Shown: positions 44,410-54,750 of the stretch, piece after piece | How the letters are laid out: each line of letters opens with the position of its first letter | How positions within the stretch are numbered: the stretch's first letter is position 1 | NCBI GenBank assembly: GCA_050015255.1 | Contig: JBEKBT010000015.1 | Coordinates: forward strand, 3,117 to 67,116 | DNA length: 64,000 nt | Source of the DNA: Acidimicrobiales bacterium | Lineage (GTDB): Bacteria; Actinomycetota; Acidimicrobiia; Acidimicrobiales; Bog-793 | Reading direction: 5' to 3' | Made by a program: the position numbers and the translations under genes | Notes under the pieces: model-generated | Seen by the model: the letters and a program-made list of their open reading frames with translations, nothing else | What the model was told of the DNA's origin: nothing | Database searches by the model: none

Positions 44410-47090
44410 GCCGATGCCCGGCCGCCAGCCTTGGGCTCGCCCGGCTCGGGGCCCAGTGCTTCGCCAAGCTTCCGTATCGCTTCGCCAATTCCACCCACGT
44501 CCCGGCCGCCGGCGGTCGCAAGCTCCGGCGTGCCGCCACCCCCACCCCCCACCGCTGCCCCCGCCAGGACGGCAGCCGATCGGGCGTCGATTCCAGAGTC
44601 TTTCCGCGCTGCCACCACGACCGAAACGCGCTCAGGGCCGGTGATGCCGACAAGGCCGACCGCCCCAACCCCAGGATGATCTCGGACCGCGATCGCCAGG
44701 TCACGCAACTCCCCTGCCTCCAGCCCGTCCCGCCGCCCGACCACTCGCCGGCCCGCACCTCCCGCGACTACAGCCGAACCGTCCGAACCGGCGGCCAGCT
44801 CGTCGGCCTCGCGGCGCAACTGTTCCGAGCGCAGGGCCCGCAACTGCTCCTCGAGCGTGCGCTGGTTGGCGAGCAACCGGTCGACCGCAGAGGGCAGATC
44901 GGAGGCTTGAGAGCGCAGGCGCTGCGCTGTCTCCTCGACCGTGTGCTCGAGAAAGCGGAGGCGTGCGAGCGATGCCTCGCCCGTCACCGCCTCGATACGG
45001 CGCGTGTTGGAACCGATCGAGGCCTCCGAGACGATCTGCAGCGGGCCGATCGTGCCCAAAGCGCTCACATGGGTGCCGCCGCACAGCTCGACCGAGTCGT
45101 GACCGGCTTCGACAACACGCACGACCTCCCCGTACTTCTCGCCGAAGAACGCCATGGCCCCCGCTCCCTCGGCTTCCTTGCGGCTCGTCTCGTAGGTGCG
45201 CACGGGCTCGTTTCGCAGGATCTCGCTGTTCACGAGATCCTCCACGCGAGCGATCTCCTCCTCGGACATCGGCCCGAAATGGCTGAAGTCGAACCGCAAG
45301 CGGTCCGGCGCGACTAGCGAGCCCTGCTGGCGCACGTGGTCGCCGAGCACTTGTCGCAACGCCCAGTGAAGCAGGTGGGTCCCCGTGTGATTGCGCTTGA
45401 TCGACTCCCGACGCTCGCGGTCGATGGCCGCTACGGCCTCTTGACCGATCTCGATGGATCCCTCGACGAGGTAGCCGAGGTGACGCGTCAGGCCCTCGAC
45501 GACCGACGTCGTGTCCAGCACTCGGACACGACCGGTGGCGGTCGTGATCGAACCGGTGTCTCCCACTTGGCCGCCACCCTCGGCGTAAAAGGGTGTCCGG
45601 TCGAGGAAAACCTCGATCAGCTCCGCATCTGCAGGTGCCCGCTCACCGTCGACGTTGGCGAAAGAGTGCTCGACCGAGCTCGGGAGGACAGCGAGCACCC
45701 GCGCCTCGACTTCGGCCTGCTGGTACCCGAGAAACTGCGTCGGACCGAACTCGAAGCGTATGTCGCTCCACGCCGCGGCAACCTCTTCCACTCCAGAAGC
45801 CCCCACGACTCCCGCCCGGCCTGCCTCGCGGGCGCGGCGCCGCTGCTCTTCCATCGCCATGTCGAAGCCACGGCGGTCCACCTCGACCCCGCGCTCGCGG
45901 GCGATCTCCTCGGTCAGATCGATCAGGAAGCCGTAGGTGTCGTGAAGCAGGAAAGCGACGCCTCCGCTGAGCGAGGACGGCCCTGTCGCGAGCTCGGCCT
46001 CGAGCAGCGCCGTCCCGGACCGCAGCGTCCGCAAGAACGCCTCCTCCTCGTGCACGGCGATGCGCTTTATGAGCTCCCGGTCGCGCCGCAGCTTCGGGTA
46101 GGCGCCGCCCATGCCCTCGGTCACGACGTCGATGACGCCGGGAGTGACGAGGTCCTTGGCACCGAGGCGATGCGCTACGAGCACGGCTCTGCGGATGAGG
46201 CGGCGAAGGACATAACCGCGGCTCTCGTTGGAGGGGAAGACCCCATCTGCGATGAGGAACGTGAAAGTGCGGGCGTGGTCCGCCACGATACGAAGGCCGA
46301 CGTCGCTCTCCTCGCTCGCCCCGTAGACCCGCCCGGTGCAAGCCGACACGGCCTCGAGGATGGGTGCGACGAGGTCGGTGTCGAAGACCGACTCGACTCC
46401 TTGGATCTGGGTGAGAATCCGGTCGAGACCGGCCCCGGTGTCGATGTTCTTCTGGGGAAGCTCCGACAGTGAGCCGTCAGCGTGACGGTCGTACTGCATG
46501 AACACGAGGTTCCAGAGCTCGACGTAGCGATCGCCCCCCTGCGCCGGCCCGCCGCCCGGCCCGTACTGAGGTCCCCGGTCGAAGAAGATCTCCGAGCAGG
46601 GGCCGCAGGGGCCCGTCTCGCCCATCTTCCAGAAGTTGTCCTCGTCGAGCCGCTGCAGCCGGCCGGGGAGCAATCCAGGGATGTCGTGCCACAGCCCTTC
46701 GGCCTCGTCGTCGGAGACATGGACGGTGACCCAGAGTTGCTCGGGGTCGAGTCCGAGGCGCTCGGTGAACAGCTCCCAGGCATAGGCGATCGCCAGATCC
46801 TTGAAGTAGTCGCCGAAACTGAAGTTCCCGAGCATCTCGAAGAACGTCACATGGCGCGACGTGGTACCGATCACGTCGATGTCGACGGTTCGCACGCAGG
46901 GTTGCACGGTGGTCGCCCGCGGGCCCGGAGGCGGGGACTCGGCGAGGAAGTATGGCTTGAACTGGACCATGCCCGCGATCGTGAACAGCATCGACGGGTC
47001 GTTCGGCACGAGGCTTGCGGCGGGGAGCGCGAGGTGGCCACGTTCCACGAAGAACTGCGTGAACGTGTCGCGCAACTGATCGGCGTTCAC
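44406..47090 (-). CDS. alaS: alanine--tRNA ligase
   Basis: 894-aa ORF with a class II core (FTIAGMVQFKP, GPCGPCSEIF), an editing domain (HTGTHLLH, CGGTH) and a DHHA1-like C-terminus. Confidence 0.95.
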   Translation of the reverse strand: MNADQLRDTFTQFFVERGHLALPAASLVPNDPSMLFTIAGMVQFKPYFLAESPPPGPRATTVQPCVRTVDIDVIGTTSRHVTFFEMLGNFSFGDYFKDLAIAYAWELFTERLGLDPEQLWVTVHVSDDEAEGLWHDIPGLLPGRLQRLDEDNFWKMGETGPCGPCSEIFFDRGPQYGPGGGPAQGGDRYVELWNLVFMQYDRHADGSLSELPQKNIDTGAGLDRILTQIQGVESVFDTDLVAPILEAVSACTGRVYGASEESDVGLRIVADHARTFTFLIADGVFPSNESRGYVLRRLIRRAVLVAHRLGAKDLVTPGVIDVVTEGMGGAYPKLRRDRELIKRIAVHEEEAFLRTLRSGTALLEAELATGPSSLSGGVAFLLHDTYGFLIDLTEEIARERGVEVDRRGFDMAMEEQRRRAREAGRAGVVGASGVEEVAAAWSDIRFEFGPTQFLGYQQAEVEARVLAVLPSSVEHSFANVDGERAPADAELIEVFLDRTPFYAEGGGQVGDTGSITTATGRVRVLDTTSVVEGLTRHLGYLVEGSIEIGQEAVAAIDRERRESIKRNHTGTHLLHWALRQVLGDHVRQQGSLVAPDRLRFDFSHFGPMSEEEIARVEDLVNSEILRNEPVRTYETSRKEAEGAGAMAFFGEKYGEVVRVVEAGHDSVELCGGTHVSALGTIGPLQIVSEASIGSNTRRIEAVTGEASLARLRFLEHTVEETAQRLRSQASDLPSAVDRLLANQRTLEEQLRALRSEQLRREADELAAGSDGSAVVAGGAGRRVVGRRDGLEAGELRDLAIAVRDHPGVGAVGLVGITGPERVSVVVAARKDSGIDARSAAVLAGAAVGGGGGGTPELATAGGRDVGGIGEAIRKLGEALGPEPGEPKAGGRASA

Positions 47091-48517
47091 CTCTCGCCTC
47101 GCTCCTCTTTCTCCGCCTGGCCCGGTGGCCCCATCTCGCCCCGTGGCTCCCTCTCGCCCCGCCGTGCCCTCCAGCGCTCGGCGAGCCCCTTCTCGGCACC
47201 GTGTTCAGACGGTTCGTAGTAACGGCGCCCGGTGAGCCCTTCGGGCAGGTACACAGCTTCGACGAACCCTCGCGGGTCATCGTGAGGATACTCGTAGCCC
47301 ACACCGTGCCCGAGCGCCCCGGCACCTCGGTAATGAGAGTCGCGCAGCTCCGGCGGAACCGCCCCGAGCGGACGGTCGCGCACATCGCCCTGTGCCGCCC
47401 ACCATCCGAGCGCAACCCGGTTCGACTTCGGTGCGAGCGAGAGGTGCACCACAGCCTGGGCCAGGTTGAGGCCCGCCTCCGGAAGCCCGACGAACTCGAC
47501 GGCCTGGGCGGCCGCGGTCGCGACGCCGAGGGCGTGCGGATCGGCCATGCCGACGTCCTCGCTGGCGAGGATCACGAGGCGGCGGGCCACATAACGCGGG
47601 TCCTCGCCGGCCTCGATGAGACGCGCCATCCAGTACAGCCCGGCGTCGGGATCGGACCCGCGCACGCTCTTGATCAGGGCCGAGATGAGGTCGTAGTGCT
47701 CCTCGCGCCCGTGGCGGAAAGCCCGTGTCTCTCGAGCGCCCTCGATGTCGTCCATCGTGATCGTGGGCAACAGGTCCGACCCGGCGCTGGGCGCCGTTTC
47801 CCGACTGCGAGCTCGGGCACGGGCGAGGGCCATCGCCACCTCCAGGGTCGTGAGGACGGCCCGGGCGTCGCCTTCGGCCAGATCCACGAGGCGGCAAAGC
47901 GCGTCCTGATCGGCCACGAAGCCCTCGACCCGCAGGGCACGCTCGGCGAGCTCGCGGAGGTCCGCCGGCGTCAGCGCCTCGAAGCGCCAGAGCGTCGAAC
48001 GGCTGAGCAGCGGGGCGTTCAGAGCGAAGAACGGGTTCTCGGTCGTAGCGCCGACCAGGACGACGAGGCCTTCCTCGACACCGTGCAGGAGGGCGTCCTG
48101 CTGCGCCTTGTTGAAACGGTGGACCTCGTCCAGGAACAGGATCGTCCCCCGGCCCTCGGCACCGAGCGCCCGGCGAGCCTCGTCGAGCTCGTTTCGCACG
48201 TCCTTTACGCCGGCGTCGACGGCGGAGAGGGCCCGGAAACGGCGCGCTGTGTGCTCGGCGAGGAGGCGGGCCACAGTCGTCTTGCCCGTCCCGGGAGGTC
48301 CGAAGAACACCGCCGAGCTCAGCCGGTCGTCCTCTACGAGGGCACGAAGCGGCGCGCCGGGCCCGAGAAGGTGGCGCTGGCCGACGACCTCGTCCAAGCT
48401 GGTCGGGCGCAGCCGGGCGGCAAGCGGCGCCCGGGTCGTGAGCTCCTCTTCGACGGCGAGGTCGAACAGGTCGGGCGGGCGGTTGCTGCCCGCTCGGCTG
48501 GGCGGGCTCGGCGTCAC
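47087..48517 (-). CDS. rarA: replication-associated recombination protein A (AAA+ ATPase)
   Basis: Walker A (GPPGTGKTT), LFLDEVHRFNK, and a MgsA C-terminal region (GSDPDAGLYWMARL, LPEAGLNLAQAV). Confidence 0.9.
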   Translation of the reverse strand: MTPSPPSRAGSNRPPDLFDLAVEEELTTRAPLAARLRPTSLDEVVGQRHLLGPGAPLRALVEDDRLSSAVFFGPPGTGKTTVARLLAEHTARRFRALSAVDAGVKDVRNELDEARRALGAEGRGTILFLDEVHRFNKAQQDALLHGVEEGLVVLVGATTENPFFALNAPLLSRSTLWRFEALTPADLRELAERALRVEGFVADQDALCRLVDLAEGDARAVLTTLEVAMALARARARSRETAPSAGSDLLPTITMDDIEGARETRAFRHGREEHYDLISALIKSVRGSDPDAGLYWMARLIEAGEDPRYVARRLVILASEDVGMADPHALGVATAAAQAVEFVGLPEAGLNLAQAVVHLSLAPKSNRVALGWWAAQGDVRDRPLGAVPPELRDSHYRGAGALGHGVGYEYPHDDPRGFVEAVYLPEGLTGRRYYEPSEHGAEKGLAERWRARRGEREPRGEMGPPGQAEKEERGER

Positions 48518-50367
48518 GCTCCGCTCGGGGCCGGTCCACCCGGCAGGGGCGACACGGCCGGAGTGCCGGAGGCGCTCGGTCTGCCCGACCCGGGCGCACC
48601 CTGCCCGGCAGGCACGGGTGAGACGATCCGGATCCCGAGCTCGGAGAGCTGGCTGGCCGTGATGGGTCGGGGCGCGCCCGACATGAGATCGGCCCCCGAC
48701 TGGGTCTTCGGGTAGGCGATCACCTCACGGATGTTGTCCTCACCGGCCAGCAGCGCCACAAGCCGGTCGAGGCCGACCGCGAACCCGCCGTGAGGTGGGG
48801 CGCCGTAACGGAACGCTCCGAGAAGGAACCCGAAACGGGTCTCCGCTTCCGCGTCCGAGATCCCGAGGGCCTTGAAGACGCGCCGTTGGATGTCGGCCCG
48901 GTGAATACGGATGCTCCCCGACCCGAGCTCCCAGCCGTTCAAGACCAGGTCATAACTCTGCGAACGGACAGCCAAGGGGTCGCTCTCCAGCAGGTCGACG
49001 TCGTCGGGGTGCGGCATCGTGAACGGATGGTGCGCAGCGATCAAGTGTCCCTCGTCGTCGATGCCCTCGAAGAGGGGGAACTCGGTGATCCAGCAGAAAC
49101 GGTAGGGCCGCTCGCTCACGGCCGGCTGGCCCAGCTCGAGGCGGAGCTGACCCAGCACCTTGCACGCCAGCACCCGCTCGCCGGCAACGATGAGGACCAG
49201 GTCGCCCGGTTCGGCCGAGGTGGCGGACACGATCCGGCCCTGCTCTGCCTCGGTGAGGAACTTCGCCACCGGCGATTCCAGGGCACCTCCGGCCAGCACG
49301 CGCGTCCACACCAAGCCGGCGGCGCCGAGCTGGCGGGCACGGTCCACGAGCGAGTCGAGGCGGCTCCGGCTCCAGTCCCCCCCGCCCACCACGCGGATGG
49401 CCCGAACGGCCTCGGCGCCGCTGAACGCCTTGAACTCGGTGCCGGCGACGGCCTCGCCGAGATCGACCAGCTCCATCGCGAAGCGCAGGTCCGGCTTGTC
49501 AGTCCCGAACCTGTCCAGAGCCTCGTTCCAGTTCATCGTCACGATCTCCGGCGGCCGCTCGCCGCTGACCGCGGTCGTCGCCTCGATCACCGCCTCGCTC
49601 ACGAAACGGTGAACATCGGCCTGGCCCACGAAGGACGCTTCGATGTCGAGCTGGGTGAACTCGAACTGGCGGTCCGCCCGCAGGTCCTCGTCCCTCATGC
49701 AGCGCGCGATCTGGTAGTAGCGATCGATCCCGCCCACCATCAGCAGCTGTTTCGCGATCTGGGGGCTTTGCGGCAGCACGTAGAACGAGCCGTGCTGCAG
49801 CCGGGACGGGATCGCGAACTCGCGTGCCCCCTCGGGCGTCGGCGTCCACAGCATCGGCGTCTCGACCTCGACGAAGCCCTGGCGCTCCATGGCAGTGCGC
49901 AAGGCGCTGTTCACCTGCGCCCGCAAGCGCAAGTTGCGTTGCATGCGGTCGGTCCGCAGGTCCAGGTAGCGGTATCGAAGCCGCACCGCCTCGTCGGTCT
50001 CCGAGCGGACGTCGAGAGAGAACGGCGGAGGCTCCGCCGTCGAGAGGATCTCGACCACGCAGTCGCCCAGCTCGACCTCACCGGTGGAAAGGGCGGTGTT
50101 CACGGTGCCCTCCGGGCGGGCCCGCACCGTGCCCGTCACCCGCAGCACCTGCTCGGACCGGAGGTCGCTGGCCCCGTCGACGACGCACTGGATGATCCCG
50201 GTGTGATCGCGCAGGTCGACGAAGGCGAGGTGCTCGCCGTGCTCACGCCGGCGCGCCACCCAGCCACAGACGCTGACGCTCCTGCCTGCGTCTTCTGACC
50301 GCAAGGCGCCGCAATAGGCCGTACGCATCCCGGCCGGGACCAACCCCACATCGGTGGTGAAGCTCAT
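48514..50367 (-). CDS. aspS: aspartate--tRNA ligase
   Basis: 617-aa ORF with an OB-fold N-terminus, class II motifs (FRDEDLRADRQ-like CMRDEDLRADRQFEFTQLD, GGIRIH-like GSGSIRIH, PPHGGFAVGLDR) and a GAD insertion. Confidence 0.95.
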   Translation of the reverse strand: MSFTTDVGLVPAGMRTAYCGALRSEDAGRSVSVCGWVARRREHGEHLAFVDLRDHTGIIQCVVDGASDLRSEQVLRVTGTVRARPEGTVNTALSTGEVELGDCVVEILSTAEPPPFSLDVRSETDEAVRLRYRYLDLRTDRMQRNLRLRAQVNSALRTAMERQGFVEVETPMLWTPTPEGAREFAIPSRLQHGSFYVLPQSPQIAKQLLMVGGIDRYYQIARCMRDEDLRADRQFEFTQLDIEASFVGQADVHRFVSEAVIEATTAVSGERPPEIVTMNWNEALDRFGTDKPDLRFAMELVDLGEAVAGTEFKAFSGAEAVRAIRVVGGGDWSRSRLDSLVDRARQLGAAGLVWTRVLAGGALESPVAKFLTEAEQGRIVSATSAEPGDLVLIVAGERVLACKVLGQLRLELGQPAVSERPYRFCWITEFPLFEGIDDEGHLIAAHHPFTMPHPDDVDLLESDPLAVRSQSYDLVLNGWELGSGSIRIHRADIQRRVFKALGISDAEAETRFGFLLGAFRYGAPPHGGFAVGLDRLVALLAGEDNIREVIAYPKTQSGADLMSGAPRPITASQLSELGIRIVSPVPAGQGAPGSGRPSASGTPAVSPLPGGPAPSGA

Positions 50368-51632
50368 GTTGACCTCGTGATCTCATAAAGGCGTCCCGCA
50401 AGGGCTTCGCGCGCCACCTTCTCCTGGCTTCGCGCGTCCGGGCCGCGAAGCACACGGACGGTGACGAGCCCGTCGGCGAGATCGTCCACGCCGACGATGC
50501 ATGCCACTCTGGCACCCGAGCGGTCCGCCGCTCTCAGCTGGGCCTTCATCGAACGCCCGTCGAACGCCCGGTCGACGGCCAGACCGGCCCCGCGGAGATC
50601 CCTGCACAGCTCGAGGGCGACGCCCGTGTCACTGGTGTCGACGACAAAGACGTCGAGTGCCGGACTGAGCCGCAGGTCACCGGCCGAGAGCGCGCCGTCG
50701 GCGTCGCACGCGAGCAGGATCCTCTCGATGCCCGCCCCGAAACCCACACCGGAGACCTCCGGGCCGCCGAGGGCGGCGACGAGCCCGTCATAGCGGCCAC
50801 CACCGCCGACCCCCTCCACGGCGTCCGACCCGTACTCGAAGGTCGTGCGCGTGTAGTAGTCGAGTCCCCGGACCAGGAAGTCGTCCTCCTCATAGGCGAT
50901 CGCCAGCCGGTCGAGGCCACCGAGCACCTCGGCGAAGTGGCGGCGGCAGTCTTCGCAAAGGACGTCACGCAACCTCGGAGCCCCCGCGCTCACCTTCCGG
51001 CATTCGGGTCGCTTGCAGTCGAGGATCCGCAGCGGGTTGGCGGCCCACTTGTAGCGGTGCTCGTCGCAGAGCTCATCCGCGTGGGCCGCGAGATGAGCCG
51101 CCAGCTGCTCGCGATAGCCCGGAGCACATTTCGCATCGCCAAGAGAGTTGACCCGCAGCCGCAGTGACGACAAGCCGAGGTCGGCGTACAGCCCGGCCAG
51201 CAGCGAGATCACCTCCACATCGGCCATGGGGTCATCGGTGCCGAGGATCTCGACGCCAAGCTGGTGGTGCTGGCGAAAGCGCCCCGCCTGCGGGCGCTCG
51301 TAGCGAAACATGGGGGCGGCGTACCAGGCCTTGAACGGAGCCACCGGGGAGTGCTGGACATAGGCACGCACGACCGAGGCCGTGCCCTCGGGACGAAGCG
51401 CCAGGTCGCGCCCGCCCCGGTCCTTGAACTCGTACATCTCCTTTGTCACCACGTCGGACGAGTCGCCCGCGCTGCGGCGGAACACCTCCGCATCCTCGAA
51501 TCCCGGGCTCACGACCAGGCCGAAGCCCGACCTTTGCGCCAAGGCTGCAAAGCGCCCCACGAGCTCGGCCCAGCGCGCGCTTTGCGGAGGGAGGATGTCC
51601 TGGGTCCCCTTGGGGGACTGGAAGCTGTTCAC
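50364..51632 (-). CDS. hisS: histidine--tRNA ligase
   Basis: 422-aa ORF with motifs GTQDILP, FRYERPQAGRFRQHHQ and GGGRYDGL, and an anticodon-binding C-terminus. Confidence 0.95.
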   Translation of the reverse strand: MNSFQSPKGTQDILPPQSARWAELVGRFAALAQRSGFGLVVSPGFEDAEVFRRSAGDSSDVVTKEMYEFKDRGGRDLALRPEGTASVVRAYVQHSPVAPFKAWYAAPMFRYERPQAGRFRQHHQLGVEILGTDDPMADVEVISLLAGLYADLGLSSLRLRVNSLGDAKCAPGYREQLAAHLAAHADELCDEHRYKWAANPLRILDCKRPECRKVSAGAPRLRDVLCEDCRRHFAEVLGGLDRLAIAYEEDDFLVRGLDYYTRTTFEYGSDAVEGVGGGGRYDGLVAALGGPEVSGVGFGAGIERILLACDADGALSAGDLRLSPALDVFVVDTSDTGVALELCRDLRGAGLAVDRAFDGRSMKAQLRAADRSGARVACIVGVDDLADGLVTVRVLRGPDARSQEKVAREALAGRLYEITRST

Positions 51633-53956
51633 CGGGCGGTCGGCGCGGGCGCGTCGTTCCTCCCCGGAACGAGGCGGTAGGCGTCATAGACGCTGTCGAG
51701 CATGCGGAGGTTCTCCAGGAGCGAGTCGAGATGCTCTGGGTCCGCGAGCTCGAATTCGAAGCGCATGCGGCTCACCCTATCGGGCGTCGTGTGGGTCGAC
51801 GAGGAGATGATGCTCACGTGGTGCTCGGACATCACCTTGGCGACGTCGGCCAGCAGCCGCGTCCGGTCCAGTGCCTTGACCTCGATCGCAGCCACGAAGA
51901 CGCCCGTGCGATCCTCGTCCCACTCCACCTCTATCAGCCGTTCCTTCTCGTCGGCCGCAAGGGCGATCGCGTTGGCGCAGTCCTCACGGTGCACCGAAAC
52001 GCCGCGGCCGCGAGTGACAAAGCCGATGACGCGATCTCCCGGCACCGGGGTGCAGCAGCGCGACAGGCGGACCATGACATCGTCAAGGCCCTCGACGTAG
52101 ATCCCCGTCGATACCCGACGGCGAGAGGTGCGCCGGGGCTGCAAGGCGGTCGAGGGCAGCTGCTCCTCGCCCTCGCCCCCGCGAAGCTCTCGTTCGATGC
52201 GCTGCACGAGCGCCTGGCCCGAGATGTGCCCCTCGCCCAGGGCGGCATGGAGCGAGTCGAGATCGGAATAGCCCATCGAGGTCGCCACGGCGACCAGGGT
52301 CGGTGAGTTCTGCAGCTTCTGGACCGGTAGGCCGCCTCGCCGGAGCGCCCTCGCCAGTTCTTCGCGGCCGGTCTCGATCGCGTCTTCGCGGCGTTCCCGG
52401 GAGAACCACTGCCGGATCTTGTTGCGCGCCCGCGGCGAGGTGGCGATCTGCAGCCAGTCGCGCGAGGGGCCGGCCGAAGCCGTCTTGGAGGTGACGATCT
52501 CGACCGTGTCGCCGGAGTGGAGTTTCGAGTCGAGTGGGAGCAGGCGCCCGTTGACCCGGGCGCCGACGCAACGGTGGCCGACCTCGGTGTGGATCGCATA
52601 GGCGAAGTCGACCGGGGTCGCGCCCGCCGGCAAGGTCAGGATCAGGCCCTTCGGCGTGAAGACGTACACCTCGTCCTGCTCGAGGTCGACCTTGAGCGTC
52701 TCCAGGAACTCCACCGGATCCGGGGTCTCACGCTCCCAGTCGACGATCCGCTGCAGCCACGCGATCTCGTCGGTCGAGCGGGCGCCGCGCTGGATCGGGG
52801 GCTTGCCGATGCCCCCGGGCTTGCCACCGGCAGCCTCTTTGTATCCCCAGTGGGCGGCGATCCCGAACTCCGCCCGGCGGTGCATCTCTTGGGTGCGGAT
52901 CTGGATCTCGAGGGGCTTCACGCGGGGACCGACGACAGTGGTGTGCAGGGACTGGTAAAGGTTGAACTTCGGAGAGTTGATGTAGTCCTTGAACCGTCCC
53001 TGCACCGGAGGCCAGAGGGCGTGCACCGTCCCGAGAGCCGCCCAGCAGTCCTTCTCGGCGGTCACGATCACACGGATCGCCACCAGGTCGTGGATCTCGT
53101 CGAACTCCTTGCCCCGCACGACCATCTTCTCGTAGATGCTCCACAGGTTCTTCGGGCGCCCGGTGACCTCCGCTTCGATCCCGGCCGCGGCAAGCCGGGA
53201 GCGCACGACGGCAAGGACCTCGGCGAGCTCGACCTCGCGCCGTGGAGCGCGCGTGGCGACCATCTGGGCGATCTCGGCGAACCGTTTCGGATGAAGGGTC
53301 TCGAAGGCGAGATCCTCCAGCTGCCATTTGACCTCCTGGATGCCCAGGCGGTGCGCCAAGGGCGCGTAGATGTCCCGGGTCTCTTCTGCAGTCCGGCGCT
53401 GCTTCCACTCGGGCATCACCGACAAGGTCCGCATGTTGTGCAGCCGGTCGGCCAACTTGATGACGAGCACGCGCCAGTCACTCGCCATGGCGACGAGCAT
53501 CTTGCGCATCGTGGCGGCCTGCTGCGCCTCTTTCGAGTCGAAACGGAGCCGGTCCAACTTCGTCACGCCGTCCACGATCCCCGCGACCGCCGGGCCGAAC
53601 TCCTCCTCGATCTGGGCCAGGGTGACTCCTGTGTCCTCCACGGCGTCGTGAAGCAACGCCGCGGCAGCGCTCACGGCGTCCAGACCGAGATCGGCGATGA
53701 TGGTCGCCACTGCGACCGGGTGGGTGATGTAGGGCTCACCTGACAGCCTGCGCTGACCTTCGTGGGCCTTGGTCGCGAAGGCGTGTGCCCGTCGCACCAG
53801 ATCGAGATCACCGTCGGCCCGCCGCGCGCTGAGAGTCGACAAGATGCCCTCGACCTCCGAGGTCGGGGGCGGGATGAGGGCGCGAGCCGGGTTCTCGGGG
53901 AGCACCTCGCCCAGCTCGGCAGTCCGTCCGGCGAGCACGGGATCGACTGCAGACAT
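51629..53956 (-). CDS. relA: bifunctional (p)ppGpp synthetase/hydrolase RelA/SpoT
   Basis: 775-aa ORF with an HD hydrolase domain (HPVAVA, LHDAVEDT), a synthetase domain (YQSLHTTV), and TGS and ACT domains. Confidence 0.95.
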   Translation of the reverse strand: MSAVDPVLAGRTAELGEVLPENPARALIPPPTSEVEGILSTLSARRADGDLDLVRRAHAFATKAHEGQRRLSGEPYITHPVAVATIIADLGLDAVSAAAALLHDAVEDTGVTLAQIEEEFGPAVAGIVDGVTKLDRLRFDSKEAQQAATMRKMLVAMASDWRVLVIKLADRLHNMRTLSVMPEWKQRRTAEETRDIYAPLAHRLGIQEVKWQLEDLAFETLHPKRFAEIAQMVATRAPRREVELAEVLAVVRSRLAAAGIEAEVTGRPKNLWSIYEKMVVRGKEFDEIHDLVAIRVIVTAEKDCWAALGTVHALWPPVQGRFKDYINSPKFNLYQSLHTTVVGPRVKPLEIQIRTQEMHRRAEFGIAAHWGYKEAAGGKPGGIGKPPIQRGARSTDEIAWLQRIVDWERETPDPVEFLETLKVDLEQDEVYVFTPKGLILTLPAGATPVDFAYAIHTEVGHRCVGARVNGRLLPLDSKLHSGDTVEIVTSKTASAGPSRDWLQIATSPRARNKIRQWFSRERREDAIETGREELARALRRGGLPVQKLQNSPTLVAVATSMGYSDLDSLHAALGEGHISGQALVQRIERELRGGEGEEQLPSTALQPRRTSRRRVSTGIYVEGLDDVMVRLSRCCTPVPGDRVIGFVTRGRGVSVHREDCANAIALAADEKERLIEVEWDEDRTGVFVAAIEVKALDRTRLLADVAKVMSEHHVSIISSSTHTTPDRVSRMRFEFELADPEHLDSLLENLRMLDSVYDAYRLVPGRNDAPAPTAR

Positions 53957-54102
53957 AGCCTAAATCTACCCGCTGAGGGCGGCCCGACCTGCGAGTCCGC
54001 GAGGACTCGGCGGCCGCAGCTGGCCGTGGCCAAACTAAACTTGCTGGTGACGCAAGTGATGAACGCAAAGCCCGAAACGACGCCTGTAGAAAGGGCCGCT
54101 CC

Positions 54103-54750
54103 GTGACGACGCCGCCGGACCTCGAGTTGCAAGGGGCCGATGAGCTCAAGTCGGCGCGCCCGGGCCGGACTCGGCCCCCGTCACTCCGGCCCGCGCTCGT
54201 GGTGCTCGCATGCGCGGCCGTGGTGACCTTCGGCGGATTTGCCGTCGCCCTCGTGGGCAGCGGGCAGCCGGCGCCGGCGACCGTCAGCGGCCTGGCGACG
54301 CCCGTGCCGGGCGTGAGCCTCTCGGCGATCGACGCGTCAGGGGTCCTCCAGCGCATCTCGAGCGGGGGCACACCTCCTCCCGACATCCTCGCAGCGCTCG
54401 TCGTGCCGAACGGGGCGCGGATAATGGGCACGACGACTCAGGACGCCGACGTCGATCAGTACGACCGCGCCATCAAGCTCCAGATCAGCACCACCTCCGG
54501 CCAGCTCCTCGAGTTCTACAGGACAGAGCTGAAGCGGGCGCGTTGGTCGCTGCTCGGGACCTACCCTTTGCCGAACGCCGGGAGCGAGCTCCTCGCCCAG
54601 CGGGCCGCGTCCGACGGCTATGAGTGGGAGGTCGGAGTGCTGGTGACGCCCGTCAATCCCGCGATCTCGCCTGCCCTGGCAGGTGACGGTCAGACCTCTG
54701 CTGTGATGGGGCTCACGCTCAGGCTGTTCGAGGTTCCGGACGCGTCCTGA
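54103..54750 (+). CDS. hypothetical membrane-anchored protein
   Basis: 215-aa ORF with one N-terminal transmembrane helix (ALVVLACAAVVTFGGFAVALV) followed by a soluble domain. I recognise no family. Confidence 0.5.
   Translation: MTTPPDLELQGADELKSARPGRTRPPSLRPALVVLACAAVVTFGGFAVALVGSGQPAPATVSGLATPVPGVSLSAIDASGVLQRISSGGTPPPDILAALVVPNGARIMGTTTQDADVDQYDRAIKLQISTTSGQLLEFYRTELKRARWSLLGTYPLPNAGSELLAQRAASDGYEWEVGVLVTPVNPAISPALAGDGQTSAVMGLTLRLFEVPDAS

Noticed and set aside
47201-50298. Plus-strand ORFs of 504 aa and 502 aa opposite rarA and aspS. Similar cases are 52517..53743 opposite relA, 43845..45317 opposite alaS/ruvX, 29735..30895 opposite menF and 32792..34204 opposite the AI-2E gene.
   Set aside because: All are shadow ORFs of strongly supported genes. 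They have Arg/Pro/Gly-rich composition, no motifs, and boundaries that follow the sense gene.
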